Origin: Sarea resinae | Lineage: Eukaryota | Direction of reading: 5' to 3' | DNA length: 64,000 nucleotides | Assembly (NCBI GenBank): GCA_026026165.1 | Contig: JAPEUD010000005.1 | Coordinates: 372,001 to 436,000 of the forward strand | Part shown: in pieces, positions 38,757-52,300 of the stretch | How positions within the stretch are numbered: the stretch's first letter is position 1 | Layout: each line of letters starts with the position of its first letter | Notes under the pieces: model-generated | Databases searched by the model: none | Told to the model about the DNA's origin: nothing | What the model saw: only the letters and a program-made list of their open reading frames with translations | Made by a program: the position numbers and the translations under genes

Positions 38757-39295
38757 GGTGTGTATGGGGTTGTCTTTGACGTTGGCTGGCGGAATTCGAT
38801 ATCAGATATTCAAAGTTGTGCGCTTGTGCCACAACCTTCGTTTAGTGGGGCTAAGGCGAAATCTTGGCATCCGACTGCAGTGACTTTCTGAGAAGTAGAG
38901 GTACTGCAGTCTGTACCTTGCGAGATCACAGTCGAAGGTATCAGTACTTGTGCACATCACTGGCTCGTTTCGTGCGGTGAAAGGTTCAGTTATATCCATC
39001 TCCTCTACTCTAATTCATCTACAATTCTAAGGGATCCAAGCCGTATGAGAATATTCTATGTCGGTCACCGCCAGAAAATAGATGCGAGGGGTATCAGAAA
39101 AAAATAGACGCCTGTCAATGCTCTAGAGTGTATAGACAAACCCCGGTGAACGCCAATGGCCGGGCTGCAAGAGTTTTCTAGATCGTGACGCTGAGATAGG
39201 CGATACTGCCGATGCAAATGACGATGAGGATGCTACTGGTAATGATTGAGTTACTTGTCGGTCTGATGGCTTCGTTCAAGGCGAGCGACGCAGCA

Positions 39296-42200
39296 TCATG
39301 GCTCGACATCCTCGCTGTTGCTGCCGCTGCTGAAGTAGCTCTGGTCGATTTTCAAGATCCACTCGATTTTCTCCCTTTCGCTACGCGCCGCAAAGAGGAA
39401 CGTATTCTGGGGGCAATAGATTGCGAACACATTCGGCCTTCGGAGAAGCTTGGCGATCTGAGGTTGGTGATCTATCCGGGAATTCCTCAAGTTGATGGCA
39501 TTCAGTTCGTCGCCGTCGGGTACCGAATGCACATGTAGATAAGGACGCCGCAGCTCTATATATCTTCGGGTCCAACGAGTATTATCGTCATCAGGCGAAA
39601 GCAGGTAGCCTCTTTTGAGGATAGATGGACTGGTAACAGTCAGCCGACGTTCCACGAAGTAGTGGGAACTGTGCCATCGCGTTGGGAAGTTTTGAAGGCG
39701 GGAATGAAAATATAAACGGGAGCCTTTCAAAAAGGTTGTAATAGAAGACGACCTACTTCTTGGCAATAAACTGGACCTCGGCCACCAATCGTGGAGGCTT
39801 CGAATCCTCACTCTCTGGAGCAAATGCCGCACCATTCTGAGGTGGTTCCGTGTTCTGCTTGGCCAAGATGATTTCACCCGGATCCTTCTTTCCTTTCCAT
39901 AGATCGACATATTTCTGAAGAAGCTGCTCGTCCTTTGATTCGGATTCAGACTCAGAAGGAGGGGAACTGAGACCATTCGCTGGGGTGAGGGCGCTACTGC
40001 TAAGCACGCCCTTGGCAGTTTCAATATCTGCGACCCTTTGTCGCCGTCTTCGGGCGGTTATATAATCGCGAACCAGGGACACTCCCCGGGGCGACCAACC
40101 TGCCAGGTGCTCCTCGCCTTTCACGTAGTCGTAAGATGTGTTCATACGCCAGAGGTCTGCGGCTCGCTTTGCGGAAGTAGGCCGAATCACAAGAGAAAAG
40201 ATTCCAACTATAGAATGGACGATCCTGGAGGAGCTCCAAAACTGCATGAAACCTGATGGGGCTCGCAGATACGATCGAGGCTGTATTTGCGAAGCGATGT
40301 CGAAGCAGAAGACGACCGGTTCTGCAAGTTTGCCGGAACTAACATTCCAAAGCAATGACATCTGGACTCGGTACTTGTCTGACGTTACCCGATCCAACAG
40401 CAGGGAATTGTGCAGACTCGAGTCCCACTGGCCAACGAGCGTCACGTTGCGCGTACCATTGGCATTCTCTTTGACAGTAGGCTCGGAAAGTAATTTCAAG
40501 CACACTTCTGGCGGAGGCGTACTCAGGTCCGGCATCTTGCCCATGGAATCTATAAGCCGTATGTTTCCAATTCTGAGAGCAGAGATCTCTTGCCACTGTA
40601 GAGCGTCCCCCGAGCTGTGGGTCAAGTTGACCACAATGCGACGCTGCAGGCCTTGGCGAAGTTGAAATACCCCAGGATCGAGATCTGAGTTCTGCACCAC
40701 TTCGACAGGCACGTATTCACCCCGCTCCGATAGTTCCTGAATCTGGACTCTTGTGAACAGATCGTGCTGCTCTTCTGTATAGAATTCTGATTCTGCAATG
40801 CGAGCATTCTTTCGCTTACGTTGTGGCGGCTGGCCTGAGTCTCTCATGTCATCCCAGCTCAGTAGCTTGTCCAGATGCATTGCCGTGACCTTGGCGAAGA
40901 TAGCTATACGCAGTGAAGATGACCTGGAGCTGGAAAGCGGCATGCTCATACTATGGACGCTCTCAAAACGGACCGGACTTTCATCAAAGTCCCTGATCAT
41001 CTGAGTTGTAGTTGCTCCGCCATCATCTGATATACCAGGAACAAAGAGCTGAGCATGAACATCGGTCCCTTCGCGCTCAGCGAACCCCACCATATCATGC
41101 ATGACCACGTTGAATTTCAGTGTTGATGAGGGTGCCTGGGCGGACGAGGGTTCGAGGGAGAGCTTCACGATAGCAACGACACTCCATGTATACGGGGAGA
41201 TGACATCAAGAGCAAAGTCTTGGACTCGAGATTCGAAGACGGCGGTGAGAGGAATGTCGGCGTCTCCGACTAGAGAATACTGCGGCAAACAGGCTTCTGA
41301 GAACGGATTCTCCAGCTTGAAATGCCTCAAATATTCAGGCCGGTCTAGGTACTGATGCATTTGGCGCATCAAACGAACCCGATCCTGCAGCTTCTCTAGA
41401 GACCAGAGATATATGACGCAATTCTTGAAATCCAGGACCCTAACGCCGACGCATGGTTTGAGAGCAGCATCAAGCGCTTCGTCGTCTTCACCAGATATCC
41501 CATTGAGCACCAGATCATAAGACGATGCGAATGTGTGGCCGACATCGACAATCGCAAATTGAAACACCACATCCTTGTCCATGTCTTGGCTCATCACTTG
41601 TGCCTCTTTGAGTGTAGCGGCATGTTGCAAAACGGATTCTGCCATTCGCACGAATTTCCGATTTCGCCAAAGCCCGATCGCCCGTCTGGCGATTATGATC
41701 TCGTAGTCACTGAGCCTACTTGGACCTTCCTCACTGATACGTGGTGACAGCAGAGCGAATTTCTCTAGTCGACTCTCATACTCCTGCTTTTGCTCCTCGA
41801 GTTGCCTCTGCATCTCTTCCTTGGCTGCTTCTAATGCCTCTTCCATTCGTTCCTTTTCCGCCCTGATCTCGTCTATCTCCACATGAGATTCTTCTGCGGA
41901 TTTTAGCTTCTCCTGGTACTCGTCCTTTTGTTTTTCCAGCTGGTTCTGCATGTCTTCGCGAACGAGTCTCAAGCGGTCTTCTCCTTCGCCCTGTTGTGGC
42001 GTTGACGGCAACGTGATGGCAGTGTCGATAGAAAAGTTGTCTATAGTGCCTGTTGACGCATACTTCTCCCTGATTGGATAAGAGGTTACAGATTCCAGAT
42101 CGTCTTCACCCTCTAATCGACTATCTGGGCGCCCCTTCCGTACAGCGCGAACCCTGAGGACATCCTCGAATAGATTGTCCAATTCGTCGTCTGTGAGATG

Positions 42201-44334
42201 TGTTATCTTCTGATCAGGCCCGAGTATCGCGTTGGCCGCTTCTCTGCGAGCAAAAGACCAGTCTGAGTCTCGACTGTTTCTCTGCATTGGCATAGGAGAG
42301 TCAGCCCTGCTACTTTCGCCGTCAAGCTCAGAGTCCGCCTTGCTATAGGTTCTCTCATGTCCGTTGGGTCGAGCAGCTGGGGATCCGACTTGGCTAGCTG
42401 TAACCGAATGACGAAGGAGGCTCTGCTCGGCCCTCTCGGCGCGCGCCTCTTGAGGATGGTTGAAGCGAAATATATGGAAGTCTCCAAGGATGATGCGATA
42501 ACCACTGCGTAATCGCTTAGGCTTGTCAATCCGAGATCCATTTACCATGACCGCGGCACCTTCTTTGGGGACCACTGTGACTATACCGTCGACATTCTCA
42601 AATGTACAGTGCTCGTGGAGGATCTTCGAACCATTTAGTCTTATTTCCGAGGTCGTGGCTGTATCCACATTCCCGACTGTTGTCGTGCCAGGCTTGATGT
42701 TATATACCAGACACTCAGCAAGCAGTGGATCATCGCTCAGGTTGACCAGATGCGGCATCTTTTTAGGCGTCGATAACCCAACAAACCCTTTTTCTATACT
42801 GATTCCAAGCTCTTCCAAAGCCGCTTCCCGCTCTTTGTGAATTTGTTCCGTTTTGGTTAGCTTTTCTTCCCATGTCTGGTTCAGATCTTGGTAAAGCTTC
42901 TCGGATTGATCGAGCTGTTCGGCAATTTCTGCTTTCGAAACCTTTTTAACACTGCCGTCGGCTTGCGTGATAGAGACAATCTGCTTTTCTAATGGCGTAT
43001 CTGGCGCATATTGTTCTTCAACAGGCCCACCTCCGCCTCCTACCCCACCTCCCCCTCCGCTAGTCAGTTTGGCACGTAGCTGGGAGAGTTCCTCCTTCAA
43101 TTCGCGAATCATGCGTGCATTGGGGTCTTCATTGACGACGGCGTGGTTCTTGATGCGTTTTGCAGAGTCGGCATACCGCAAGGTCGATAACGTTTCCTCA
43201 AAATTTATGTCTGCAGGCGAAATCGCCGCTATCATCGCCGTCATGCTATTTCCGCCCAGAGAATCCTTAAGTAGCCATGTCAGAATAGAGTCTCGGTAGG
43301 GAACCATGGAAGCGTTCTTCTTCTTGCCAGCCATTTTACCAGATGAAAGGTCTGCTAACGCAGCAATGACTCTTCCCAAGGTGGATAACGATCGGTTGAT
43401 TTCGGCGCCTTCTTTTAATCGAGCCCCAGTGGCCCCCGTCGAAGTCGCCCGCTCTGAACCAGCCAGATCCACAAGACTGATTTTTGCAACCTTCTCAGTG
43501 TCCATACTAGTTTCCACGTCGTGCCGCTTTTGCGTTAGTGTCAGCGTAAACACGGCATGGGAGCGACTGGAGGTTTCGTTCATGTTGGTCGCGGCTACCG
43601 TCCGTGCCTTGTTGCCCTCGTCCATCAAGTTTTCTATCTCCTGAAACGATCTGACCACTAACTTGGCCAAATCCTCCACGTATGGGCCGGTGGAAGGATG
43701 CTCTCGGACTTTGAGATTTCCCTTTGTCGAAGGGTTCAATAGATCCCTGACGCGTTCGTTGTAAATCTCTAGATACGAAACTTCGACGGTGCAGTTTATA
43801 TTCTTGTCCTGCTTCTGTATTTCCGCGATACGACGGTACATGTCCTGACAGATCTTGGGTATGACGCCCGCTTCTTCGCCATACCCCATCATGGAGTAGG
43901 ATTTGCCTGACCCTGTTTGTCCGTAGGCGAAGATGCAATTGTTATAACCCTGAAAGGCATTATCCAGAAGTGGCCGACCCAGATCATCGAACAGATTTTC
44001 TTGCCCTGCGTAATTAGGATCGCTTTTGTTGAAGGACCAGTAACTCTTATCGAAAGCGAATACTTTCTGGCTGTCCAACCCTTTCGCGCTCTTCCCGGAT
44101 CCTTTGAGTCGTTCTGCGGCATCTGGAGGCGGGATGAGGACCGTCTGCGTCTCCTTCATCTCCACGATACATTTTGCCCCTCTGTCGAGTTCTGCCAGGG
44201 AAATCCAGGTTAGCGGGCGTGCCATAAACAAAGCGAGAGGACACTCCATAAAGGGAGAGTATTCACTCACCTCGGCCATTGAACGGCCTCACTCTGACCA
44301 CCACCTTGATATTTCCTCCACCGACGGGCGCCAT
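39296..44334 (-). CDS. unc104: Kinesin-3 motor (Unc104/KIF1A/UncA family) with FHA and C-terminal PH domains
   Basis: Exons 44334-44271 (MAPVGGGNIKVVVRVRPFNGR), 44191-39757, 39629-39296. P-loop GQTGSGKS, SSRSH, LVDLAGSE, PHLVNLSDDPLLAECLVY before the FHA domain, coiled coil, PH (KRGYL..WTRRYIELRRPYL). Confidence 0.96.
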
Positions 44335-45674
44335 TTTGCCTTCTCCCAATACTTCTCCCTTTCGAATTTGGGGGTGCGAGCGGTGCCTCCTTGTCAGGCG
44401 AGGCCCGTCTCAATCGCTGCGCGGCGAGAAATCAAGATCTCTCGTTGCCGTGCCCTGCTTTGCTGTGGGGAGACAGACATCGAAATGCCTTTGCGCGACT
44501 TATCTGTTACTGGACATTGAGACGCGTCCCAGTTTGTGATGGCCCTGAAATCGAAGTTGTTCTCTAAACACGGACCACTAAGAATACCATGTGCTGCGGC
44601 TCGTTCGGTGCTCGCGAAGGATACTTTGTACATGGCCGCTCGTACCGGGGCGTGCATGGCGTACGGCGTACTGCGTACATTATGTGCCACGGGGTACCAG
44701 CCGGTGGCAGCTGCCAGCCACAACCCTCAATCATGGATGTTACATACCGACGCCCACTATGCACCTGAAAGTATCTGATCGGCAGATTCGCAGCCCTAGC
44801 GGTCGTGCTGGGAAGCTTCATGTTGTTGCTGATCCACCATCATGCAGCATCTGTAGAAATGTACCTGAGGTATGTGGTATCCAGCCGTCGACGTATCAGG
44901 AAATTCGAGAGGATAGGAATATCAAGACGCATAACCCCTGAATCTATCATTCACGATTTCATGACACATGGAGAGATCACCGCCAAGCCATTTGAGTAAC
45001 GGGAATGGCAATCGACTAGAGACCTGAGTCGGAGCACCATAGTCTGCAGACTTGAACGTTGATAATCATTCCATTTCCGAATCATCTGTATAGATAAACA
45101 AGAACGTCATGGCGGAATTACTATCCTTACATATCCTTCCACCCTGTCATCAGACATTTATTCAGACTATAAGAAAAGAAAACTCGTGACTCCTCGACGA
45201 ATGCATCCCAAGCATCCTCTGAATCCGCACGAACAGCTGCTTGCTTCGTGCTAACCGATGCAATGAGATCCGTCAAATCGTAGAGGGCGTACATTTTTTC
45301 CACGTAATTCCGGCGACGGCACTCTTCTAGTATGTAGATGATCTCCGAACTTGGAGAACGTTGAAAAAGACGGCTTCAGAAGCCCAAATTAGAAAACGAA
45401 TGGATGTAAGAGGTACCAGACTAATCAATCAACTCGAAAGTGAGTGACGGACCCAATCGCATGCGTACCCATAAAGAACTCCGCATTCCCGACCAATCTC
45501 TTTCGCTACCTGCAATGTAATATCAAATGATCAATCTCTCCGAACAAGCTCAAAACATACGCCGTCGCTTTCGTGAATCGTAATTTGTGAAGCCTTGACA
45601 ACAAGAGACGACTTCGGATGCTGTATCGCTGACCGAAAGCTCCCGATAGCTTATGTATCGGATCCTTCGAATTG

Positions 45675-46853
45675 CTAACCATCGTCGTCGACCTCTTCCT
45701 CCTCGTCGAGATCTTCACTTTCTTCGGCGCTCGTGCTTGCCCTGGGAGCATCACCACCGACGGCCAAGGAATTTCTCGAAGCCTTTATCCGCTTTGCAGG
45801 TATGGATGTATCACCTTCGACATCCACGGCTTTACGCTTGCTGCCGGATCCTGCTGGATTTGACACAGAGACTTTTGCAGGAGTCTGGTTTAACGAGTCC
45901 TTATCGGCTTCCCCTCCTTCACCGCCCTTCACTCTTTCCAACTCTGACACTTCTTCCGCCGTCAAGAATCGGCCGCCAGGTCCCCGTGGCCGCCTCATAG
46001 CGTGATTATGGCGAGACTCATGAAGATATGGCTTTCGACCTTTTGACGTAAGCCTCAAGGCTTCCTCCAACCGCTGACGTGCCACTCTCCGTTTCAATAT
46101 TCGGTGAAATTGCTTCGCATTCACATATAGAGGTGATTCTTCGGCACCTCCGGTAACAATCTCAGGCGAAGATTGATGTTGTTGCACAGGTTGTTGTGCC
46201 ATCTGAGGGGGTACGGAGTTCCGAGGGGGCCCGTGGTTCATGACGGGATGAGAATTTTGCAACGCCGGGCTTCCGAGCTGTTGACTCTGCCGCCTCTGAC
46301 CAGGAATCTGTGAGCCGGGTCCTACTTGGACTTGAGCAGGAAGACCCTGGGCACCCATCTGTCCCGGAACCGGTTGTGGTGACCGCGGGTTTCTTTCCTT
46401 CTTCACTTGGACACCGGCCATGCGTGGCGATCTTGGGTCTTGGCCCAAGCTGGCCTGGAGAGCTCCTTCCGTCATCGGATAGTAGCCTTGACCAGAGGCG
46501 GCAGCCGTGGCCATGGCTGCAGCTTGCGTAGGAGAAATGCCGTATCCCTGATGCATGCTTGGTGCAACACCATACGCTTGAGGGTAGCCCATCTGCTGTG
46601 GGACTTGATGACCGGCCTGATTCTGTGCGGCCTGCTGTTGAAAGACGTGGCTTTGTGATGGTAGTATCGGCGAGGCTTGGTTGTGGGCGGGATGCTGCTG
46701 GTGTATCTGAGGTTGTCCGGTAGAGGGAGAAGTAATCGGCGCGCCACCCGGTCCGGCATTGTGAGGTGCAGTATAGCCACCCTGCAGATGCGATTGCGCA
46801 TGTGGATGATGGCCATGCGGTGGCGGCTGCTGATATTGCGCGTAATCCATCAT
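45675..46853 (-). CDS. hapB: CCAAT-binding complex subunit HapB (NF-YA/Hap2)
   Basis: Intronless 392-aa ORF with Q-rich N-terminus and the NF-YA core [48 protein letters not shown]. Confidence 0.96.
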   Translation of the reverse strand: MMDYAQYQQPPPHGHHPHAQSHLQGGYTAPHNAGPGGAPITSPSTGQPQIHQQHPAHNQASPILPSQSHVFQQQAAQNQAGHQVPQQMGYPQAYGVAPSMHQGYGISPTQAAAMATAAASGQGYYPMTEGALQASLGQDPRSPRMAGVQVKKERNPRSPQPVPGQMGAQGLPAQVQVGPGSQIPGQRRQSQQLGSPALQNSHPVMNHGPPRNSVPPQMAQQPVQQHQSSPEIVTGGAEESPLYVNAKQFHRILKRRVARQRLEEALRLTSKGRKPYLHESRHNHAMRRPRGPGGRFLTAEEVSELERVKGGEGGEADKDSLNQTPAKVSVSNPAGSGSKRKAVDVEGDTSIPAKRIKASRNSLAVGGDAPRASTSAEESEDLDEEEEVDDDG

Positions 46854-49350
46854 TTCCTCTGTGAAAGGGAGCTTGGGATCACAAGCGTTTGCGAAACCAA
46901 TCGGTCAAGTAGGCGTGAATGGGTTCAACGCCTTTCAAGATGGGTGTTCCCGGAGAATGGTCGAGGCGCGATTGAGAATCGCTGATAGGAAATCTTTCCT
47001 ATTAATAATGTGTTTGACGTGTCGTCCGCTCGGAGAATTTCCGCACGCGACGCGCAATGGAACCGGCCAAGACTAGTGAGGCGACACGGTGTAGCCTAGA
47101 ATATGTATCAGCTCTGGAACATCAATGGTGAGCACGCATGGTATAGATATGACATACCTCTAATTTCGAAGGTGATGGCAATGAAGTCGATGAATTGATG
47201 TGACTAACAACACCGAAGGCCGTCTATGTAGATATTGCTCGTCTGACGTCTTGAGGCCTGATGAGTGTTTGTGTGTTTTTGCTGGGGCGCAGATCCTGGT
47301 GTCAAGCCGATTAAGCCCTGCTGCAGTAGATTGCGGTTGGCGTCACCAAGCAGCAAAGCGATGCGTTGTCAATGGAGTGGCCACGGCAGCGTTTGAGGTG
47401 TAAGGCGGCGACGTTCCAGCTCTGGGCAGCGCACGTTTACCGTGATGGAATCGGTGCTGACTAGACTTCTAGAACAACTGACTCCATGAAGATGCTGATG
47501 GAATCTCGAAACAGTGTTTGTGCAAGATGCACAGTATCGCGGGCCGGTTAATCAGATTCGCGTGGTGGCTGCTTTTGCCTTCCTCAGGGTCCTTGCGCAA
47601 AGGCTCTGATACGACGATCGCGTGTCGATGACTCGTCAACCTGTCTTGTGGCCTTGAGAAGCCAATGAATATTAGTATTTCTCGCGTCCATAAGAAGTGA
47701 TGGCAATTGGAACGTTCGGGGAAGTGGGCAGTGTGATTTGGCGATCGTTCGGATGTATGCGCTGGCAATGCACGCCAAAAAACATACCTTGACCTAGCCG
47801 ACCTGACCGCCCTTTACTATTCTTGTCGCGGGCCGGTGACGTTGACTCAATGTATCCCACGCACAGAGTGTTCTTATGCGAATTCTAGAGGGAAATTGCC
47901 CGATCGAGCAATTCTGGGATTTGTATTAGGGCAAACTGGCTGCCGCGTTTGGTTGCGACGATGGAGGTGCGCTGAGACGTACTCCCAACGCGTCTGAATG
48001 TGACCTTCAAAGCGATCGCTAATCCGACGACCCGAATTGCTGTCAATGGTATGACCAGGTAGATACGCTATGATGTTTCTCAAGCCTTGAATGCAGATGT
48101 GGATGCGGCGCCGACGACGTCAAACGGCTGGCACGACGGGCGCGTCGTGACCGTTGCAATTTGCAATCTCTATGCTTCAGCTCTGCCTCGGTCGTCGCTG
48201 ACAACAGGTCAAAGTCGCGACGTTGGGGAACTGTTTGGTTTCGACAAAGCCAATCTACTGGACCAGAGCGACCACTAGGAATCCCAAAACAACTTTGGTC
48301 CGCAGATGATTTCGGTCACGAGTTCTCGTGGAGGGTCGGCCGGTGAGACGATGCGACAGGTTGTCGGGTTTGGAAGACCTGATCAATCAATCACCTGGGA
48401 GGATTTTCGACGGCCTGGAGAAGCGAGGACCTTGCAGAATCTCTTTCAGAGAAAATCAAGCCGATTTTCGATTAAAGATATCCAATCGTGGCGGTAGGGC
48501 GAGGCGTATCGCAGCTCAGACAAGAGCGACGATGGGCGATGCGTGATGATTGGCCGCGAAATTCGGTGTTGATGGTGAGTGAGTGATGATGATGATTGGG
48601 TGAGATGGGAAAAGACGAGCCTTGCTGAGCTGTGGTTGGTGGCTGGTGGTAGGTGGTTTTGTATGGGTTGGCGCTGAGCTGAGTGGAGGCCGAGAGAGGC
48701 GAGAGGCGAGAGGCGAGACGGTAAGTGCCTTGGAGAGAGAGTGGAGGTACGGAGTAGAGAGGGACCGGGCTGACGCGAAAGGTGGAAGAGAAGTACGCAA
48801 GTATCTCACCGCGGGAAACAGGTGGAGGGGTACTTTGTACCTCTCTACTGAAGTAGTCTCTCGGTCCTGCGATCTCCGGGTCTTGACGGGTGAGACGACC
48901 TTGCCAAACGAGGGAGGTAGGTCCCTCTAGTACGGGTGCCGTATGCCTGAAGCGATCAAAAATGGATCCAATATTGATATTAGTTCGACACGGAGAATTG
49001 GAAGACCGAATCGACTGAAGAGCTGCTGGCGGCGCAGAAAGAACGCTGTTGATGAATTGCAGTTGCGGACGCCGAAGATGATATGCCATACAATGGAATT
49101 GAAATGAAATTGAATTCTCGTGCAGGTGCGGAGTCGACTAGGGTGCCTCGGTCGGAAGAAAATAGATCTTAGGCTGCTGATGCTGCTGCTGATGATGCTG
49201 ATGATGATGCTGTTGGTGCTGCAGGCGGGTTGTCTGTCTTGCAGGGCGGGCGGGCGGGTACACGACAGCGGCAAAGCGGTAATGGTGGTCGTAAAGCGTG
49301 TTGACTGCGTGTCGGTGCTGCGTGTTTGCGCGGTGTGGGAGAAAGCCAAA
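46854..49350 (-). promoter_or_regulatory. Inferred long spliced 5' leader / promoter of hapB
   Basis: Sense-strand ATG nearly absent. Canonical-looking introns 47157-47096 (GTATGT..CTGAT..TAG) and 47787-~47641 (GTATGT..CTAAT..AG), uORF MESVVLEV* at 47487-47461, several CCAAT boxes. The upstream boundary is a guess. Confidence 0.6.
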
Positions 49351-52300
49351 CGACCAGGCAAGGGCCAGGTAAGGCAAGCAGAGGCGGCGGCACAGTACCG
49401 TGCTGGCAGCTGGCCGCTGGAGAAGAGGTAGGCAGACCGAACCGTTCGACCTGCGAGTACTTGCGCCCCAAGGTAGCCAAGGTCGTCAGTACCTGGACGG
49501 ACGAAGGAGGTAGTCTTCCGCGGTAGTCAAGATGCGTAGAGGTACTCCGAGGAAGTACGTGAATCCTGGATATACACAGTACCTGGCGGCAACAGTCAGA
49601 ACAGGCAGTAGGGTGATCAAGTACAAATACCTTACCAAGGTGGGTGCAGTCGCACAGAGGGAATGTAGAAGCGTATCCGGTACTTTCACCAGATGCAATA
49701 TGCAGTACCGACGTCAAAAGCAATAATTCAAACGACAATGGCAACAATAACAAGACGAAAGCCAAGAGGGATGGCCGTATGCGGTACGGACAGAGTACGC
49801 TCGATGCTCAAAGTGGTGTGGGTGTGGTGTGGGAGTGGTCTGCGTAGGTACCCATGTGCAGGTATGCAGCAGCAAGAGTCCAGCCAGCATGTCCAGGAGG
49901 GCACCCGGAATAAATACATCAATTCGAATATTCATTTTCCCTGGAATAGCTAGGGAATTACGTAGGATTTTTGATTGGTCCGAGAGGCGTCTTTTTCAAA
50001 TGGGGGCAGTACCAGAGTACTATCAATGATACTCTTGATTGCGACGTCTTTCCAGTGCTATTACCCCACGGCCCCGTCCTGCTACTATGTACAATGGGAG
50101 TCACATTACCTGTTCGAAAACCCACGCTGTGAGAGCCTACCGGATGTCAGCCTGTCACTCTCCGAAATAAGGAGATGAGGGAGCTCGAGCCCTTGAGGGT
50201 GAAGGCTAGAGGACTGGAGCGCTGGAGGACAGGCGCACGTGTTGGTCGCGAGGTGAGTCAAATCTTCCAAAGCACGGCAGTACCGAAGTACAGTGAATAG
50301 TAAGGTAAGGTACCTAGTGGCTGCCCTGTCTCTGCCGCTTGACGTTCCATTCGTCGTCGTCCATTCCTCTATTTCCCTCCCTCTAGCTCTCGGGCGCCTT
50401 ACCTTGATCGGTGACCGGCCCAATTCGGCTACTTGAAGGCGATCTGGCGGGTACATGTACCTGCCACAGAGAGTACCCTGTACTTAGCTCCCTCTGGGTG
50501 GCCAGCTGACATTCGCTGATGGGGTAGACGTGTCAGAGTACTCCGTACAACGAATGGTACGACGCTTTGAGGCGCAATGCTTTGTGCATCTGCAGCTGAT
50601 ACCAGACGCCTGACCGTCCAAGCATGTTGGAGGCTGCACCTAATACCATCTCGCATACGATGGCTGGAGAGCCCCCAGAAACCCCAGGGCTTGTCTATGT
50701 TTAAAGCTGTCTACAGATGGCGATTGCATCGTTCTTCGCGGTCGAGTATCCGACCGGTGCCTGTGCGACTCGCTCGCATCGGTCTGTCACCGTTGCAACA
50801 ATGATGATGATCAGGAGCGTCATGGCCGGCTTCCGGTACCGGAACCCCTAATCTCAATTGGCACCTTCATCCGCTCGTATACACAACACAACACCGTATG
50901 CTCTTACTCCGTACATTACCGCCGTGCGGCCAGAGATACGACGAGGGGCAGAGTACCTACTCTATCTTGGCTAGCACGCATTACGGAAGTGACGAGTACT
51001 CTGTCCTGTACTCCATACCCCTCGAGCATTGCATCGCTCGATGATCTTCAAGGTCAGATCGGTCAGGACTGACGAAGATCCCCGGATCGGACATAAGGTG
51101 TCATGCCGTGCCTTAGGCATCAATCCTATCCCTATTCATCCTCGAAGGCTCGCCCATCTCAGCATGTCCCGGATTCGCCCATCGGCCTATTCCCCAAAGC
51201 GACTCTTCTCCGCTACGCCACGATAGGGCTCAAATGACCTGAGCCCGGCCAGAATGATCTGCTATGGCTTGCCGTGTTAGTACCATGTTACGTATGCACT
51301 TTGACAATATCCGCGTCTGTCGTGATTGTAGCACGGCCCTCGCGCGATCATCCCCAATTTCATCACTCTCGTCTTGTATCATCGTCGCGATCGGATCGCA
51401 GCTCCATGTGGATGTCTGCTGCTCCGAGCGAGAATAAGAACGATGCTGATACAGAGCATGCGGCCCTCAGAATCGACAGAATCATCTGAGACATGGTAAA
51501 GTTAAACGCTCCGCGAACCATGGTTGTCAACCGCCGTGTCACAACCGCTCGTTGAGACATGGCCCGCCCGCCTTCCCGCCCTCCTCGCAAGGTACGAAGA
51601 TGCTGTCAGGCAAGCCCACCAAGCGAATGACCGTCCAGAGCAAGACATCTTCGAGCTCATAGGTGTTTCACCTCCCCGTCAAGCACATGTCGTCCGTGTC
51701 GATAGTGCACCTTTTCCCCTTTAAGAAGTATCATTGATCCGTGCGACTCAGAGCGTCGCCTACGGTTGTCCTCGCTCGCTGTTACGCGCCGACGGCTGTG
51801 CTTTCTTCCGGTCCAATTCCTCTTCTACGAAACAATGTCACTCTTACTCGATCAAACCTTCGCTCATCGAGAAGTCCATATTGAGTCTCGCGGTACCGGC
51901 ACGACGAGCCGCAGGTCAAAATCCCGATTGAAATCAAAACCCGTGGCAAATCAATTAAAGCCCGATATACAATCTCAGCCCCGGCTTCTCAAATCCACGC
52001 TCATCGCAATCTCCCTAAATTCCCTTCGAAACGAGTTTATCCAAGAACCCCCTTCGGAGTAATAACAATCTGATATGCATGTACTATTGGCTGGCCGCGT
52101 GCTCCTGTCATGGCGCATCCTTCCCAGTCCCTGCTCTTGCCAAATTTCCAGACGATGAGGAAAACGTCGGTGCATATCAGTCTGGCACTAAGCAACGACT
52201 ACCGTCATTTCCTGGCATGCAATAGCAGAAACCGGGGCAGATCCGCCCCTATGATATATACCTTACCCTCCTAACCCTTCCTACCTGGCCTGCCTACCCG

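Noticed and set aside
44192..44279. Kinesin start at 44279 as given by the ORF track
   Set aside because: That N-terminus runs through intron 44270-44192; the conserved NIKVVVRVRP exon starts at 44334.
46854..46907. Non-AUG N-terminal extension of HapB
   Set aside because: An in-frame TGA lies 18 codons upstream of the ATG in the unspliced sequence.
48472..49089. 205-aa minus-strand ORF as an independent gene
   Set aside because: No recognisable domain, and the distal half is simple sequence. Kept only as a possible uORF in the hapB leader.
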